From a virus, in IMG/VR virus record IMGVR_UViG_3300045988_136606, positions 1 through 58,597 of that record: a stretch of 58,597 nucleotides of DNA, one strand, 5' to 3'. How positions within the stretch are numbered: position 1 is the first letter of the stretch; each line of letters begins with the position of its first letter. The notes below the pieces were generated by a model that was not told where the DNA came from, made no database searches, and was given only the letters and a program-made list of their open reading frames with translations. This document shows, one piece after another, positions 1-10,764 of this stretch. A program made the translations under genes and the position numbers.

Positions 1-55
1 TTGGAGTGCATTGTAGGGAAACCTAAGTTCTAGGATAAAGAGCCTAGACAATGAA
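1..55. repeat. Terminal overlap; bases 1-55 are identical to 58543-58597 (circular or circularly permuted molecule)
   Basis: Direct comparison of the window ends: ttggagtgcattgtagggaaacctaagttctaggataaagagcctagacaatgaa occurs at both ends. Confidence 0.9.
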
Positions 56-61
56 AAAACG
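1..61 (+). ncRNA. 3' end of the group I intron in the tape measure gene (continues from 57534-58597 across the junction)
   Basis: Contains the block ggataaagagcct shared with the terL intron. Ends in G at 61, immediately before the in-frame exon 2. Confidence 0.7.
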
Positions 62-2280
62 TAGCTGGATGGGATGCTCAACAATCTGCAGCAGGACTTC
101 CTGGAGTATTAAATTTAGCGGCAGCTTCAGGCATGGATTTAGCACAAGCATCAGATTTGGTAACTGATTATTTGACAGCATTCGGATTAGAGGCTGACCA
201 AGCGGGTCGTATGGCAGACGTACTATCTTATGCACAAGCTAACTCGAATACAACAACTGAAATGCTAGGAGAAGCATTTAAGAATTGTGCAGTCAATGCA
301 CATAATGCGGGTATGAGTTTGGAAGAAACTACTGCAATACTTAGTAAATTTGCAGATGCTGGTCTAAAGGGTAGTGAAGGTGGTACTGCACTGAATGCGA
401 TTATTAGAGATATGACACAAAAGATGAAAAATGGTGCAATACAAATAGGCAATACAAAGGTACAAGTACAAGATGCTAATGGAAACTTTAGAGAAATGAC
501 TGATATTATAGCGGATGTAGATAAAGCAACAGAAGGTATGGGAGATGCTCAAAAGACTGCTGCACTAATGACAACATTTACGGCAGACTCTATAAAAGGT
601 ATGGGGATTTTATGTAATACAGGCGCAGACAGTATAGAAGAATTCACAAAGAAATTAGAAAATAGCAATGGCACAGCTGAAAAGATGTCTAATATGATGA
701 ATCAAAATTTATCAGGAGCTTTAAAAACTTTGAGCAGTGCTTGGGAAGCATTGCAGCTTAGCTTAGGAGACTCTACTGGACCACTCTCATTATTAGTAGG
801 TCTATTAACTAAATTATTACTAGCAATTAAAAATTTACCTGCACCAGTTAAGCAAGTAATAGTAACTTTAGCATTATTAGCAGCAACAATCGGTCCAACA
901 TTATTAATCATAGGGAAAATGATACAAGCATGGGTTAAAATGAAAGAAACTATTGGGATACTAAGATCTGGATTTGGTCTACTACGTGGAGTATTGTCAG
1001 GTTTACCTTCAGTATTTGGAATAATTCAAGGAGTAGTTAGTACTGTTGGTGGAGCATTAAGTTCCTTATGGGCAGTATTAATGGCTAATCCAATTATATT
1101 AGTGATAGGAATTATAGCAGCTTTGGTAGCTACATTTATTTATTTTTGGAATACAAGTGAAAGCTTTAGACAGTTTTGGATTAATTTATGGGAAACTATT
1201 AAGACAGCTGCAGTTAATGCTTGGAATACAATAGGTACTTTCTTTACAACAACGGTACCGCAATGGATAAGTAATATAGGAACATGGTTTAGCCAATTAC
1301 CAGAAACAATATGGTATTGGTTATGCTTTGCAGTAGCTTATGCTGTACTTTGGGTAGGACAAATGGCACAAAAGGCATATGAAGCTGGTTCAAAATTTGT
1401 GCAAAATGCTATTACATTTATCCAACAGTTACCAGGTAAAGTATGGACTTGGTTAGTAAATACTATTAGTCGTGTTGGTAGTTGGGCTACACAAATGGCA
1501 AGCAAAGCACAACAAGCCGGTAGTAAATTCTTACATAGCGTGATTACATTTATACAACAATTACCAGGTCGTGTATGGTCTTTTTTAACATCAACAATCT
1601 CAAGAGTAATATCTTTTGCAACACAATTTGCACAAAAGGGAACACAAGCGGCACAGACATTTAAAAACAATATTATAAATGGTATTAGCAGTTTACCTAG
1701 CAGAATGGTAAGTATAGGAAGTAATATCATACATGGTATTATAAGTGGTATTACAAGCGCTGCCGGCAGCTTATTTAGTACAATGCAAAATATAGCAAGT
1801 AGAGCCTTAAATGCAGCAAAAGGAGCTTTAGGAATACACTCACCTTCAAGAATATTTAGAGATGAAATAGGTAAAATGATTCCTAAAGGCGTGACTGTTG
1901 GTATCGAAGCAAATGCGGGGCAAACTATAAAGGCTATTAAAGATTATGCTAGCAGCTTGGTAACTGCGATAGATACAAATAAATTTCTAGGTCAAGTTAA
2001 TATGAGTACTGCCGGTATTAATATAAATAGTGAAAACAACACAGATAGTAGTTTATTATATGCAATAAAAAGTATGGCACAAGCAATACAAGATAGTAAA
2101 CAAGAATTTGATTATAAAGAGATGGGTAAACAATATAGAAAAGCATTACAAGATACTAACACTCCAATTATAATGGACAAAGTAGTGGTAGGGCAAAAGG
2201 TGGCTAAATCAGTACAAGACACAAATGATTACTTACAAAACCAACAAGATAGATTTAGAGGTGATAAGGATTATGTATAA
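62..2280 (+). CDS. Tape measure protein, exon 2
   Basis: The frame is open from 55. AGWDAQQSAAGL continues the conserved TMP motif begun in exon 1 (ALGYMAL|AGWD). Long hydrophobic and repeat-rich central part. Sits upstream of Dit/Tal. The tracked ORF 133-2280 is the same frame. Confidence 0.85.
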
Positions 2281-4483
2281 TTATTTTAATTTTAATGGTT
2301 CGCAAATAAATGATTTAGCAATAGTAACTAGTATAGAAAAACCTTACATACCGGAAAAATCTATCGATACCATAAATGTTAGCAGCAGGGATGGAGAAAT
2401 ATTTGACGGGGCAAAATATGATCCTGTAACTATTCCTATATCCCTTGCAGTAATAGGAGCTAGTGAGGAGGAATATAGAACTCGTGTACAATGTTTACAC
2501 GATATACTAAGTACCAAACAGGAAGTGCCAATAAAATTTTGTGAGAATATTACAATTTATGGTATGTTAAAAGGTGCATTAAAGGTAAAGAAAAAGAATA
2601 GTATGAGTGGTTATGCTGACATTGAACTTATATGCCACACACCATATAGCTATAGTGATAATGTACATGCTTACAATGCTGAGGATGGACAACAGACTGT
2701 AGTAGTTGAGAACAATGGTGAATTAGCAACTCTACCATATGTAAGTATAGGCTTTGGAGCAGATGCACATTTTGCACAGGTACAAAATAATAAAACTGGA
2801 GAAAAAATATTAGTAGGTGATTATCCACAACTACAATTAAGCACAACAAAGAGTGAACAAACATTAATATTACATGACCCTTGTACGAGCGTAGGTACAT
2901 TAATTCAAAGTGGTGCTAATATTAATTCTGGTCGTGGCACAGGTGGTTCTTTTACTATATCTTCTGGTGGTGAGAGTTTTATACTTAGTGAACTAGGTAG
3001 TAGTAGCACAGAGAAAATAAAAGGTGCGTGTGCACGTATTGCATTAAGTAAAAATATTGATGATTTTAAAGTAATGGTTAGAATGCAATGTAGGTCAAGT
3101 GGTAAGAACGGTGACCCAAACAATATTTTAAGTGAGCAGGAAAAAGTTAAAGAGAAGGTAATTGAGGGTGGCAAAGTTTATTACTATGAAGTAACTGCCA
3201 ACGGTGTTAATTACAGAACTCAACCAAGTACAAAGGGGAAATCCCAAGGTATTATTCCAAAAGGAACAAAATTAACAGATGTTACTATACAGAATGGTTG
3301 GGCAAAGATAAAATACAAAACTAAGACCTATTATGTATCTGCAAAATATATAAAAAAACAAGTAAAGGACAATTCTAAAAGTGTTGTAAAGGAATTTACA
3401 GTGGCTAATATGTGGTTAACACCAGATAAAACACTAACAGGTGGCAGTGGTGTTGTATATACAAAACCTAACCCAGGCAGTAAGGTAGAATGCACTATAC
3501 CATACGGGACAAAACTTAGAATAATTCAAAGAGCATATACATATAAACCAAAGGATTCTAATAGCGCTTCTCAAACAATAACATACTATAGAATATATAA
3601 ACCTTGGAAGGATAAAAACGGGAAAAAACATTATGGTTATATAAATGTAGATAACCTTAAGGGTGCAGCAGCAATGGATAATAGTGTTGATTATAGTGAT
3701 GACCCAGCATATGCAGACCACAAGACTGGGATAGCTGAGGTATATGGATTTGATATTAATGGTACTCAAATATTTAGATTGTATTTAGGTGATATTAATC
3801 AATACTTTGAATATAATCAAGCTGAGGTGAGTGTAAGTAAGAAATCCATATTAATCACAAGTAACGATAAACCAAAAGAAAAGACAGATAAAACTGTTGA
3901 TTCCTCAGGTAAAACTGTTACTAATCATTACATGAGTGGTCAACATGGTAGTTGGAATGATGCCAATGCTTACTTCACATTGACAAGGAAGAAAACAGGT
4001 AAAAACTATGTATATAGTGCACAAGTACAAAAGAATGATAATGGAACGTTTACTCAGTCTATATCAGCCAATAACAAACGTAGCAGTGAATACTCTACCG
4101 AACCATTAAGTTACTTAGCTATATATCTAGGAACAATGGCAGATAAGTTAGAAAATGCTTGTGGAGTCGGTATTAGTGATATAAGAGTATATGAATTGAA
4201 TCCGGAGAGTGAGGAGATTTCTAATATAAAATACTTTGAAGCAGGTGATAAATTAGACTTGGATTTTGAGAATGGTGATTGCTATTTAAACAATGAGCTG
4301 AGAAATGATTTAGTAGATATCGGTAGTTCATACTTTACTGTAGATGAAGGCGAAACAACATTACAAGTATTTAGCGACGACACTACTGCCAGTATCGGAG
4401 TATTAATAAGGGAAAAATGGTTAGGTGTGGTTGATGAGGACAGAAGTACACCATCCCAAGATTTGAATTTAACCAGCGAATAG
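2273..4483 (+). CDS. Distal tail protein (Dit) with an inserted SH3b-like domain
   Basis: The ATG at 2273 overlaps the TMP stop (ATGTATAA), with RBS agaggtga upstream. N-terminal siphovirus tail-component-like sequence. SH3_3-like segment GVNYRTQPSTKGKSQGIIPKGTKL...WAKIKY. Confidence 0.7.
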   Translation: MYNYFNFNGSQINDLAIVTSIEKPYIPEKSIDTINVSSRDGEIFDGAKYDPVTIPISLAVIGASEEEYRTRVQCLHDILSTKQEVPIKFCENITIYGMLKGALKVKKKNSMSGYADIELICHTPYSYSDNVHAYNAEDGQQTVVVENNGELATLPYVSIGFGADAHFAQVQNNKTGEKILVGDYPQLQLSTTKSEQTLILHDPCTSVGTLIQSGANINSGRGTGGSFTISSGGESFILSELGSSSTEKIKGACARIALSKNIDDFKVMVRMQCRSSGKNGDPNNILSEQEKVKEKVIEGGKVYYYEVTANGVNYRTQPSTKGKSQGIIPKGTKLTDVTIQNGWAKIKYKTKTYYVSAKYIKKQVKDNSKSVVKEFTVANMWLTPDKTLTGGSGVVYTKPNPGSKVECTIPYGTKLRIIQRAYTYKPKDSNSASQTITYYRIYKPWKDKNGKKHYGYINVDNLKGAAAMDNSVDYSDDPAYADHKTGIAEVYGFDINGTQIFRLYLGDINQYFEYNQAEVSVSKKSILITSNDKPKEKTDKTVDSSGKTVTNHYMSGQHGSWNDANAYFTLTRKKTGKNYVYSAQVQKNDNGTFTQSISANNKRSSEYSTEPLSYLAIYLGTMADKLENACGVGISDIRVYELNPESEEISNIKYFEAGDKLDLDFENGDCYLNNELRNDLVDIGSSYFTVDEGETTLQVFSDDTTASIGVLIREKWLGVVDEDRSTPSQDLNLTSE

Positions 4484-4494
4484 GAGGTATATGT

Positions 4495-7400
4495 ATGAAT
4501 AAAAACTTATATATTTTAGACAACACGAAAAAACTGATAAAAATTATAAATACCATAAACACAATTAGTATAAAAGTATACGATGATACATATACCAGTG
4601 AACTTTTAACGGGGGCAGAAACTTACACTGCCTCTTTTAAAGTAAGTTATCAAGACCAACCAATATTTTTAGAAGGTAATTACATTGGATTTTATTGGCA
4701 AGATAATTTCAAATTGATGCAAATTAAGAAAACAACTAGTATTGAACATATAGACGACGTAACTATTACAGTTTATGCGGAGTTTATAGGAATTGAATTA
4801 TACAATAGTTATGTAGATAAATTTGTGGCAGACGGGAATGCAACAAAACTATTGGAAACTATATTAATGGATACTAATTACAAGGTAGGTTATGTAAGCC
4901 CTTCATTAGACCAGGAAGCCTTTAGGGTAGAAGCTACAGAGGTTACTAGTGTATATTCAGTAATACAGAATGCTACTTCAATTTTATACGAGTGTGAGTG
5001 GCAATTTAGAACAGTTCCAGTGGATATAAAACGTGGTAAATTTAATTTTTATGTAGACTGTTTTGCAAGTGGAGAGCGTGGCACTAAAAGATATAAACGT
5101 TTTGAAAGTGATAGAAATAGTTATGGCATGAAACGTACTGGAGATATTACAAACTTTTGCAGTGGTATTATACCAATAGGAAAAAATGGACTTACTATTA
5201 GTAATGTAAAATGGGAAAAAGAACAAGGAGATCCAACGGATAAACCCCTTGGTCAGAACTACATTTTCGATGAGAAAGCACATGAAATGCTTAATAATGG
5301 TGGCAAATACGTATTAATGAAATACAAAAGTGATGCTGATGATATATACACATTAATACACGAAGGGTATGTCAAATTAAAGGAATTAAACAAGACTAAA
5401 TTTAGTTATGAAATTCCTATATATATGAATGAAAGAGATTATGAGGAGATTGATGTCGGTGATACTAACTATGTTGTGAGTAGAAAATTCAACCCACCAA
5501 TTCAATTAGAGGCACGTATTACAAAGTTTGAAATTAGTTTTACAGATAGAACTAAGAACAGTGTAACACTAGGTAACTACAAGGAAATACGTAGCAAAAT
5601 GAAATCTTTAAATAAAGATGACATAGTTAATGATGTTGTAGACATTATAAAGAAACATGGTAAATTAACCGCTAGTGATTTACTTGCTATTAGAAATTAT
5701 CTAAATCAATTAGGAGTGGATAAAAAATTAATTGATAAACTTATTAAACAATATACAGATAAAGTAGTACCTGACCCAGTAAAACCTGGAGATGATACAA
5801 GTAAAATAAGTGAGGACACAGAAGATTATAGAGCAATAAATATAAAGAAAATAGACAATGGATTATGGATAGGAGATAGTAGAATTCATGACTGTATAAA
5901 ATACAAATGTGGAGAAATAAAAGGTAAAACACCTACTACTCAACCACAACCTGATAAAAAAGAAGATAGTAGTAAAACTGCAAAACAATACAAAGCAGCC
6001 GTAGATTATTATGCAGGATTTGGACTAGGTAAATGGAGTGATAAATATAGCGATTTAAAAAATATGAGAAGTAAATCTAATCATTGGAAAATATATGCGC
6101 CAGTTGAATATTATAGTAAAAAGTTTGGACTTGACCCTCAACTAGTTTATGCGATGATATACGCTGAGTCTAGTGCTAATCCATATGATGCTACCAAAGA
6201 CTCAACAGGTGGATATGGACTTATGCAGTGTGAGAGAGGTACTTATTTCAATAAGAAGATGAAAATAAAATACTTAGATGGTAAAGTTGAGTACTTTACT
6301 CCATCTTATTCTAATATGAAGCCTAAATCTTGTGGAACTAAAATAATAAATGGTGAAAAAGTAGATAGAGCTATATGTAATCAAATAATGTTTGGTTGTA
6401 ATGAACTTAGAAAATCATTAAAACGTTTTAAATGGAACATATTTGCAGCCTTGGTTGGTTATAACTTCGGTCTATATGGATGTGATTTATTGATATGTAG
6501 ATACGTTGCAATGAAAAATGGTTTATCTTGGGTCAATAAATATGGATATACAGTGCAAAGTTCAAAAGTACAATCTTTATATTTCAAAGAATTAGAGAAA
6601 GGTACTGCTGCATGGGCCGGTGGTAGAAAATGGTATGTAGAAAATAAACACGCCGGAACTGCTACTAATATTGAATGTTACCTTAGATGGTATAAGGTAG
6701 TAGACGGTCAATTGCCATATTGTATTGATGAAAAAGGTAAAAAAAGAGGTTATGGAGCAATAAAACCAGGCACATCAAATAAGAGTGCCGAAGCTACTGC
6801 CGTATCTACAGAGTCTTCAATGACTAGAGCAGCAAGTGTTAAAAATGCACCTACATGGAGCATAAGTGATAACACTACTACTAAAAAAGGCGTTGCAGAA
6901 AATGTAAGAAAGAAAATAGTAAATAAAGCTAGAGAGATAGCAGAATTACATCAAAAGTATAAAAAAGCTACATATTATGCAGGAGCTTGTATTTATGATG
7001 ATAGTAAAAGACATAGAGTAAGTGGAACTATAAATGGTATTAAAAATCCATACTGTTATGTGTGTTCTTCTCTTAGTTCATGTGCTTACTTATATGCAGG
7101 TCTTAGAAGTGTAACTGCCAAATATGGTGGAGCCAACTGTTCATATGGGACTTTAGTTAAAAGTGCTTGTAAATACAGTGGCTATACATTAAAGAAACTA
7201 ACAAGTACAACAATTAATGAATTACTACCTGGGGATTTAATAATGTTAAGTAATGCCACAGTTCCATCAAGTGTAACCGTTAGTTGGGCATCAAAGTCTG
7301 GAGGTTCCTCTAAATATGCTAGTGGTGGCACACATCACGTAGTAGTATATTGCGGAAAAGTAAATGGTAAACGTATGATAGCTCATGCTAGTGCACCTTA

Positions 7401-9048
7401 TAAATGGCCTAGAGCTATAAGATATGAAGACATGAGTATAACATATAGTTCAAGAGGTAGTATGACTCACTGGTATACACATGGCATAATACTTAGACCT
7501 TGGGACTTAGCAAGGGCGGACAAGGAAGCCAAAGTTAAAAACCAATCAGCTACTAAGCCAACACCACCAAAAGACATAGTAGACGACCCAGATGGTTCAA
7601 CTTATGAAGTTACATTTAAAGGACTTAACAGTGCAGCTCCTAAAGACTTTGTAGAAGGTGGAAAACTTATTACTAATATCACTGTCAATGGAGTTACTGA
7701 CAAAACTCCATATCCTAAGACTGTCAGTCATGTAATGCTAGCATTTGGAGTTCCTGCACTAGGGGATAATGTGGATAACGTTGTGGAAGATTATAAATCT
7801 CTTATAAAAGCCTTACTAAAGAAATACCCTAAAAAGCCTATATTTGTATGTGAGGAAGCTCGTTTAAGAAGTTCTCAATCAGGCAACTACAAACAAATGA
7901 ATGAAGCAATAGACTCACTTAATAATATGATGTTGGATTACTGCAATAAAACAAAATACGTAATATTCTTAAGAAAACCAAAGGATATGTGTGATACCAC
8001 TGATAAATATTACTGGCTTAGCAGCTTAACTACCGACGGGTATAGAATGAAGGATAAAACATCTACTCAGACTTATTATAAAGAGTATAAGAAAAAGATA
8101 TTATACTTTGGTGAGGGAGCAGAATGGGAGAGCGACAGTGTTACAAGTAATAAAATGTTAGACAGTCAACGTGTATACTCTTATAATAAACCACTAACAA
8201 AATTACAATTTAGAGTGCCGGCAACTTCATCAACAAATTACAATGATAGTTACTATGCACGTATTGTATTCACTACTGCAAAAGGATTCAAGCTAATACA
8301 ACCTGGCACAGTATACCTAGAAGGTGTGGACTGTAAGAATGGAGTACTATTACCTAAAGTAGGTACTACTTATATTGTATCTGTGTATTATAATCCCGAC
8401 ACTACAATAAGTGACAAGCCGTATTTAGGAAGTGTTGGAGCTAAGAAAAAAGGCACTAATTATGCACAACCATTATTTAAATATTCAGCTGATCTAGTTA
8501 AAATTGCTAATAGTTACTATAATAATAATAGTAAGTTCAGTTATAATAGTACAACTCCCGCAGATTTCAAGAATCCATCCGAAAACATTAGTAAATGGAA
8601 GGTCAACAATAAATATCAAATAGATGATAGCTGTTTTCTTAACTACGTATTAACAGGTTGGACTTATGAAAAATCTCCTTTTGGTAACGAGAAAAAGACT
8701 GATAATAATAGAAATAATAGTGTTAGCTGGGCTATACCAAGTACTAGAAATGAAGCTAATATAGGAAAATATTTTGTACAGAAAAACTGGGTAGTAGATG
8801 TAGCAGATTTAGAAACATTTAAGAATCTAGCAATTGGAGATATAATATTCATGGACGCTGACAGTAAAAATAATGGTGAATTCATGGCGATATCACATAC
8901 TGCCATAGTAATAGAAAAAGATAAAGCTGGAGATTATGTGGCACTTGAATGTACTAATGGATTATCAAGTGGCGTATTTAGGAAAGTGAAAGTAAAAAAC
9001 CTTGCGAGTAAAAATATATTATTTGTAGGCAGATTTATGATAGGATAG
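4495..9048 (+). CDS. Tail-associated lysin (Tal): SLT lytic transglycosylase plus two NlpC/P60-like domains
   Basis: 1517 aa following Dit. SLT motif YAESSANPYDATKDSTGGYGLMQ. Cys/His peptidase-like segments (CSSLSSCAYLYAGL...HHVVVYCG, and C-terminal DDSCFLNYV...GDIIFMD...SHTAIVIEK). RBS taggagg. Confidence 0.75.
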   Translation: MNKNLYILDNTKKLIKIINTINTISIKVYDDTYTSELLTGAETYTASFKVSYQDQPIFLEGNYIGFYWQDNFKLMQIKKTTSIEHIDDVTITVYAEFIGIELYNSYVDKFVADGNATKLLETILMDTNYKVGYVSPSLDQEAFRVEATEVTSVYSVIQNATSILYECEWQFRTVPVDIKRGKFNFYVDCFASGERGTKRYKRFESDRNSYGMKRTGDITNFCSGIIPIGKNGLTISNVKWEKEQGDPTDKPLGQNYIFDEKAHEMLNNGGKYVLMKYKSDADDIYTLIHEGYVKLKELNKTKFSYEIPIYMNERDYEEIDVGDTNYVVSRKFNPPIQLEARITKFEISFTDRTKNSVTLGNYKEIRSKMKSLNKDDIVNDVVDIIKKHGKLTASDLLAIRNYLNQLGVDKKLIDKLIKQYTDKVVPDPVKPGDDTSKISEDTEDYRAINIKKIDNGLWIGDSRIHDCIKYKCGEIKGKTPTTQPQPDKKEDSSKTAKQYKAAVDYYAGFGLGKWSDKYSDLKNMRSKSNHWKIYAPVEYYSKKFGLDPQLVYAMIYAESSANPYDATKDSTGGYGLMQCERGTYFNKKMKIKYLDGKVEYFTPSYSNMKPKSCGTKIINGEKVDRAICNQIMFGCNELRKSLKRFKWNIFAALVGYNFGLYGCDLLICRYVAMKNGLSWVNKYGYTVQSSKVQSLYFKELEKGTAAWAGGRKWYVENKHAGTATNIECYLRWYKVVDGQLPYCIDEKGKKRGYGAIKPGTSNKSAEATAVSTESSMTRAASVKNAPTWSISDNTTTKKGVAENVRKKIVNKAREIAELHQKYKKATYYAGACIYDDSKRHRVSGTINGIKNPYCYVCSSLSSCAYLYAGLRSVTAKYGGANCSYGTLVKSACKYSGYTLKKLTSTTINELLPGDLIMLSNATVPSSVTVSWASKSGGSSKYASGGTHHVVVYCGKVNGKRMIAHASAPYKWPRAIRYEDMSITYSSRGSMTHWYTHGIILRPWDLARADKEAKVKNQSATKPTPPKDIVDDPDGSTYEVTFKGLNSAAPKDFVEGGKLITNITVNGVTDKTPYPKTVSHVMLAFGVPALGDNVDNVVEDYKSLIKALLKKYPKKPIFVCEEARLRSSQSGNYKQMNEAIDSLNNMMLDYCNKTKYVIFLRKPKDMCDTTDKYYWLSSLTTDGYRMKDKTSTQTYYKEYKKKILYFGEGAEWESDSVTSNKMLDSQRVYSYNKPLTKLQFRVPATSSTNYNDSYYARIVFTTAKGFKLIQPGTVYLEGVDCKNGVLLPKVGTTYIVSVYYNPDTTISDKPYLGSVGAKKKGTNYAQPLFKYSADLVKIANSYYNNNSKFSYNSTTPADFKNPSENISKWKVNNKYQIDDSCFLNYVLTGWTYEKSPFGNEKKTDNNRNNSVSWAIPSTRNEANIGKYFVQKNWVVDVADLETFKNLAIGDIIFMDADSKNNGEFMAISHTAIVIEKDKAGDYVALECTNGLSSGVFRKVKVKNLASKNILFVGRFMIG

Positions 9049-9059
9049 GAGGTGAATAT

Positions 9060-10751
9060 ATGATAGGTGATGGACAAGAGCGTGTAGACAGACCCGTATA
9101 TGATGATGACGGTGAGATAATTATATGGCCAACACTAGATGAGGATATGGAAGAATTTGCAGAGGAACCAGAAGTAGCTACTGTAGCTGCTTCTGACGAT
9201 ACTACAGAAGATGATACGTATTATGAAGTACCTGACACTGTAGAAGATGACCAAGATAGAATTGATGTGCAAGTTGAAGGTATAGAAGACGAAGAATGTG
9301 AGGATCCCAAAATAGGTGATATTCAACAAGCCGGAGAAGATTATAATGAGGCTATGGATAGAATTGTTGGTGTATTAATGCAAGCATTAAGTACAGAAGA
9401 AATGACAGAGGAGATGAGTGCAGAACTACAAGACGCAACTAACAACATGGAAACTGCTAAACAAACTATAACTGATTTATGTGGTGACCCTGAAACAAAA
9501 GCATTACAAACTGACCCTGATACTAAAATTCCACAAAATCTACAAGAACTGTTAGAGACACTTACAAAAGATGGAAAGGCTCCATGGCTATATATAGATG
9601 ATGAAGGTAATTTATTATTAGATGGAGAAAGCGTACCCAAACTAAAAGTAGTAGAGTTGGAAGCACAAAAGATAAAAGCTGACTATGGTGAGTTCAAAGA
9701 CCTTACTACTAAAAATTTTACGGCAGTTAATGCTAAAATAGATAATTTAAATGTTGGAGATTTAGATGCTATTAATGCGACTATCACTAACTTAAAAGCT
9801 ACAGTAGCACAGATACAAACGTTAATAGGCGGAAACTTAACTATGGATAATATCCACTCTTTAGTATTAACAAGTGATAAAGTAACTATAGCTAATGCAT
9901 TAATAAAGGACGCAATGATTGATACTGTTAGTGCCAATAAGATTAATACAGGTATTCTTAATACAAATAATGTGCAAATACAATCAAAAGATGGAAGTAT
10001 GTTATTGCAAGGCAATCTTCAACAATTTAAAGATGACAAAGGCAATGTACGTATTCAAATAGGAAAAGATGCCACAGGTAATTTTACATTCAGCTTATTT
10101 GATGCTACTGGCACAGGTGTATTAATAGATGAAAAAGGTATTAAATCCGGTGCAGTAGCTAATGGATTAATAGTAGATGCCATGGTTAATGATAATGCTA
10201 ATATCGCTGGTAGTAAATTGGATATAAGTAGTGTTATTAGTAGTATAAATAATAATACTAATACCATAAAAGCGAGTCATATAAAATTTGATGATACTGA
10301 ACAGACATTAGATGTATCATTCAATCAGCTTAAAAAGACAGTTGATACAATTAAGAATATTACTGTAGATGGAGACTTAAGCAGTGTTATTGAACAAGTA
10401 ACTACTAATACAACTAATATCAGTGTTGCTCAAGGTCAAATATCCAGTCTTATTAGTAATACAACTATAACTAAGACGGACGGAACTGTAACACAATTAA
10501 AGGATGAATATAATAGTACAAAAGACACTGTGGATAAACATACAACTACAATAGGAAAATTAGAAACCAATGTAAATGATGTAACTAGTAAACAGTCAAA
10601 ATTAGAGCAGTCTTTAGATGGGTTCAAGATGACAGTTAGTGATACATATGCAACAAAAGAGGGATTAAATCAAATAAAAGAGTCAATTCAGAATTTGGAT
10701 GGCTATACTATAATACTTAGTAAAGAGTGTCTTGTAACTACTTGTGATTAA
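9060..10751 (+). CDS. Tail or baseplate structural protein (acidic N-terminus, coiled-coil or fibre-like)
   Basis: RBS ggaggtg. Position in the tail module. Long Asn/Thr-rich fibre-like sequence. Confidence 0.5.
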   Translation: MIGDGQERVDRPVYDDDGEIIIWPTLDEDMEEFAEEPEVATVAASDDTTEDDTYYEVPDTVEDDQDRIDVQVEGIEDEECEDPKIGDIQQAGEDYNEAMDRIVGVLMQALSTEEMTEEMSAELQDATNNMETAKQTITDLCGDPETKALQTDPDTKIPQNLQELLETLTKDGKAPWLYIDDEGNLLLDGESVPKLKVVELEAQKIKADYGEFKDLTTKNFTAVNAKIDNLNVGDLDAINATITNLKATVAQIQTLIGGNLTMDNIHSLVLTSDKVTIANALIKDAMIDTVSANKINTGILNTNNVQIQSKDGSMLLQGNLQQFKDDKGNVRIQIGKDATGNFTFSLFDATGTGVLIDEKGIKSGAVANGLIVDAMVNDNANIAGSKLDISSVISSINNNTNTIKASHIKFDDTEQTLDVSFNQLKKTVDTIKNITVDGDLSSVIEQVTTNTTNISVAQGQISSLISNTTITKTDGTVTQLKDEYNSTKDTVDKHTTTIGKLETNVNDVTSKQSKLEQSLDGFKMTVSDTYATKEGLNQIKESIQNLDGYTIILSKECLVTTCD

Positions 10752-10764
10752 AGGAGGTAATAAA

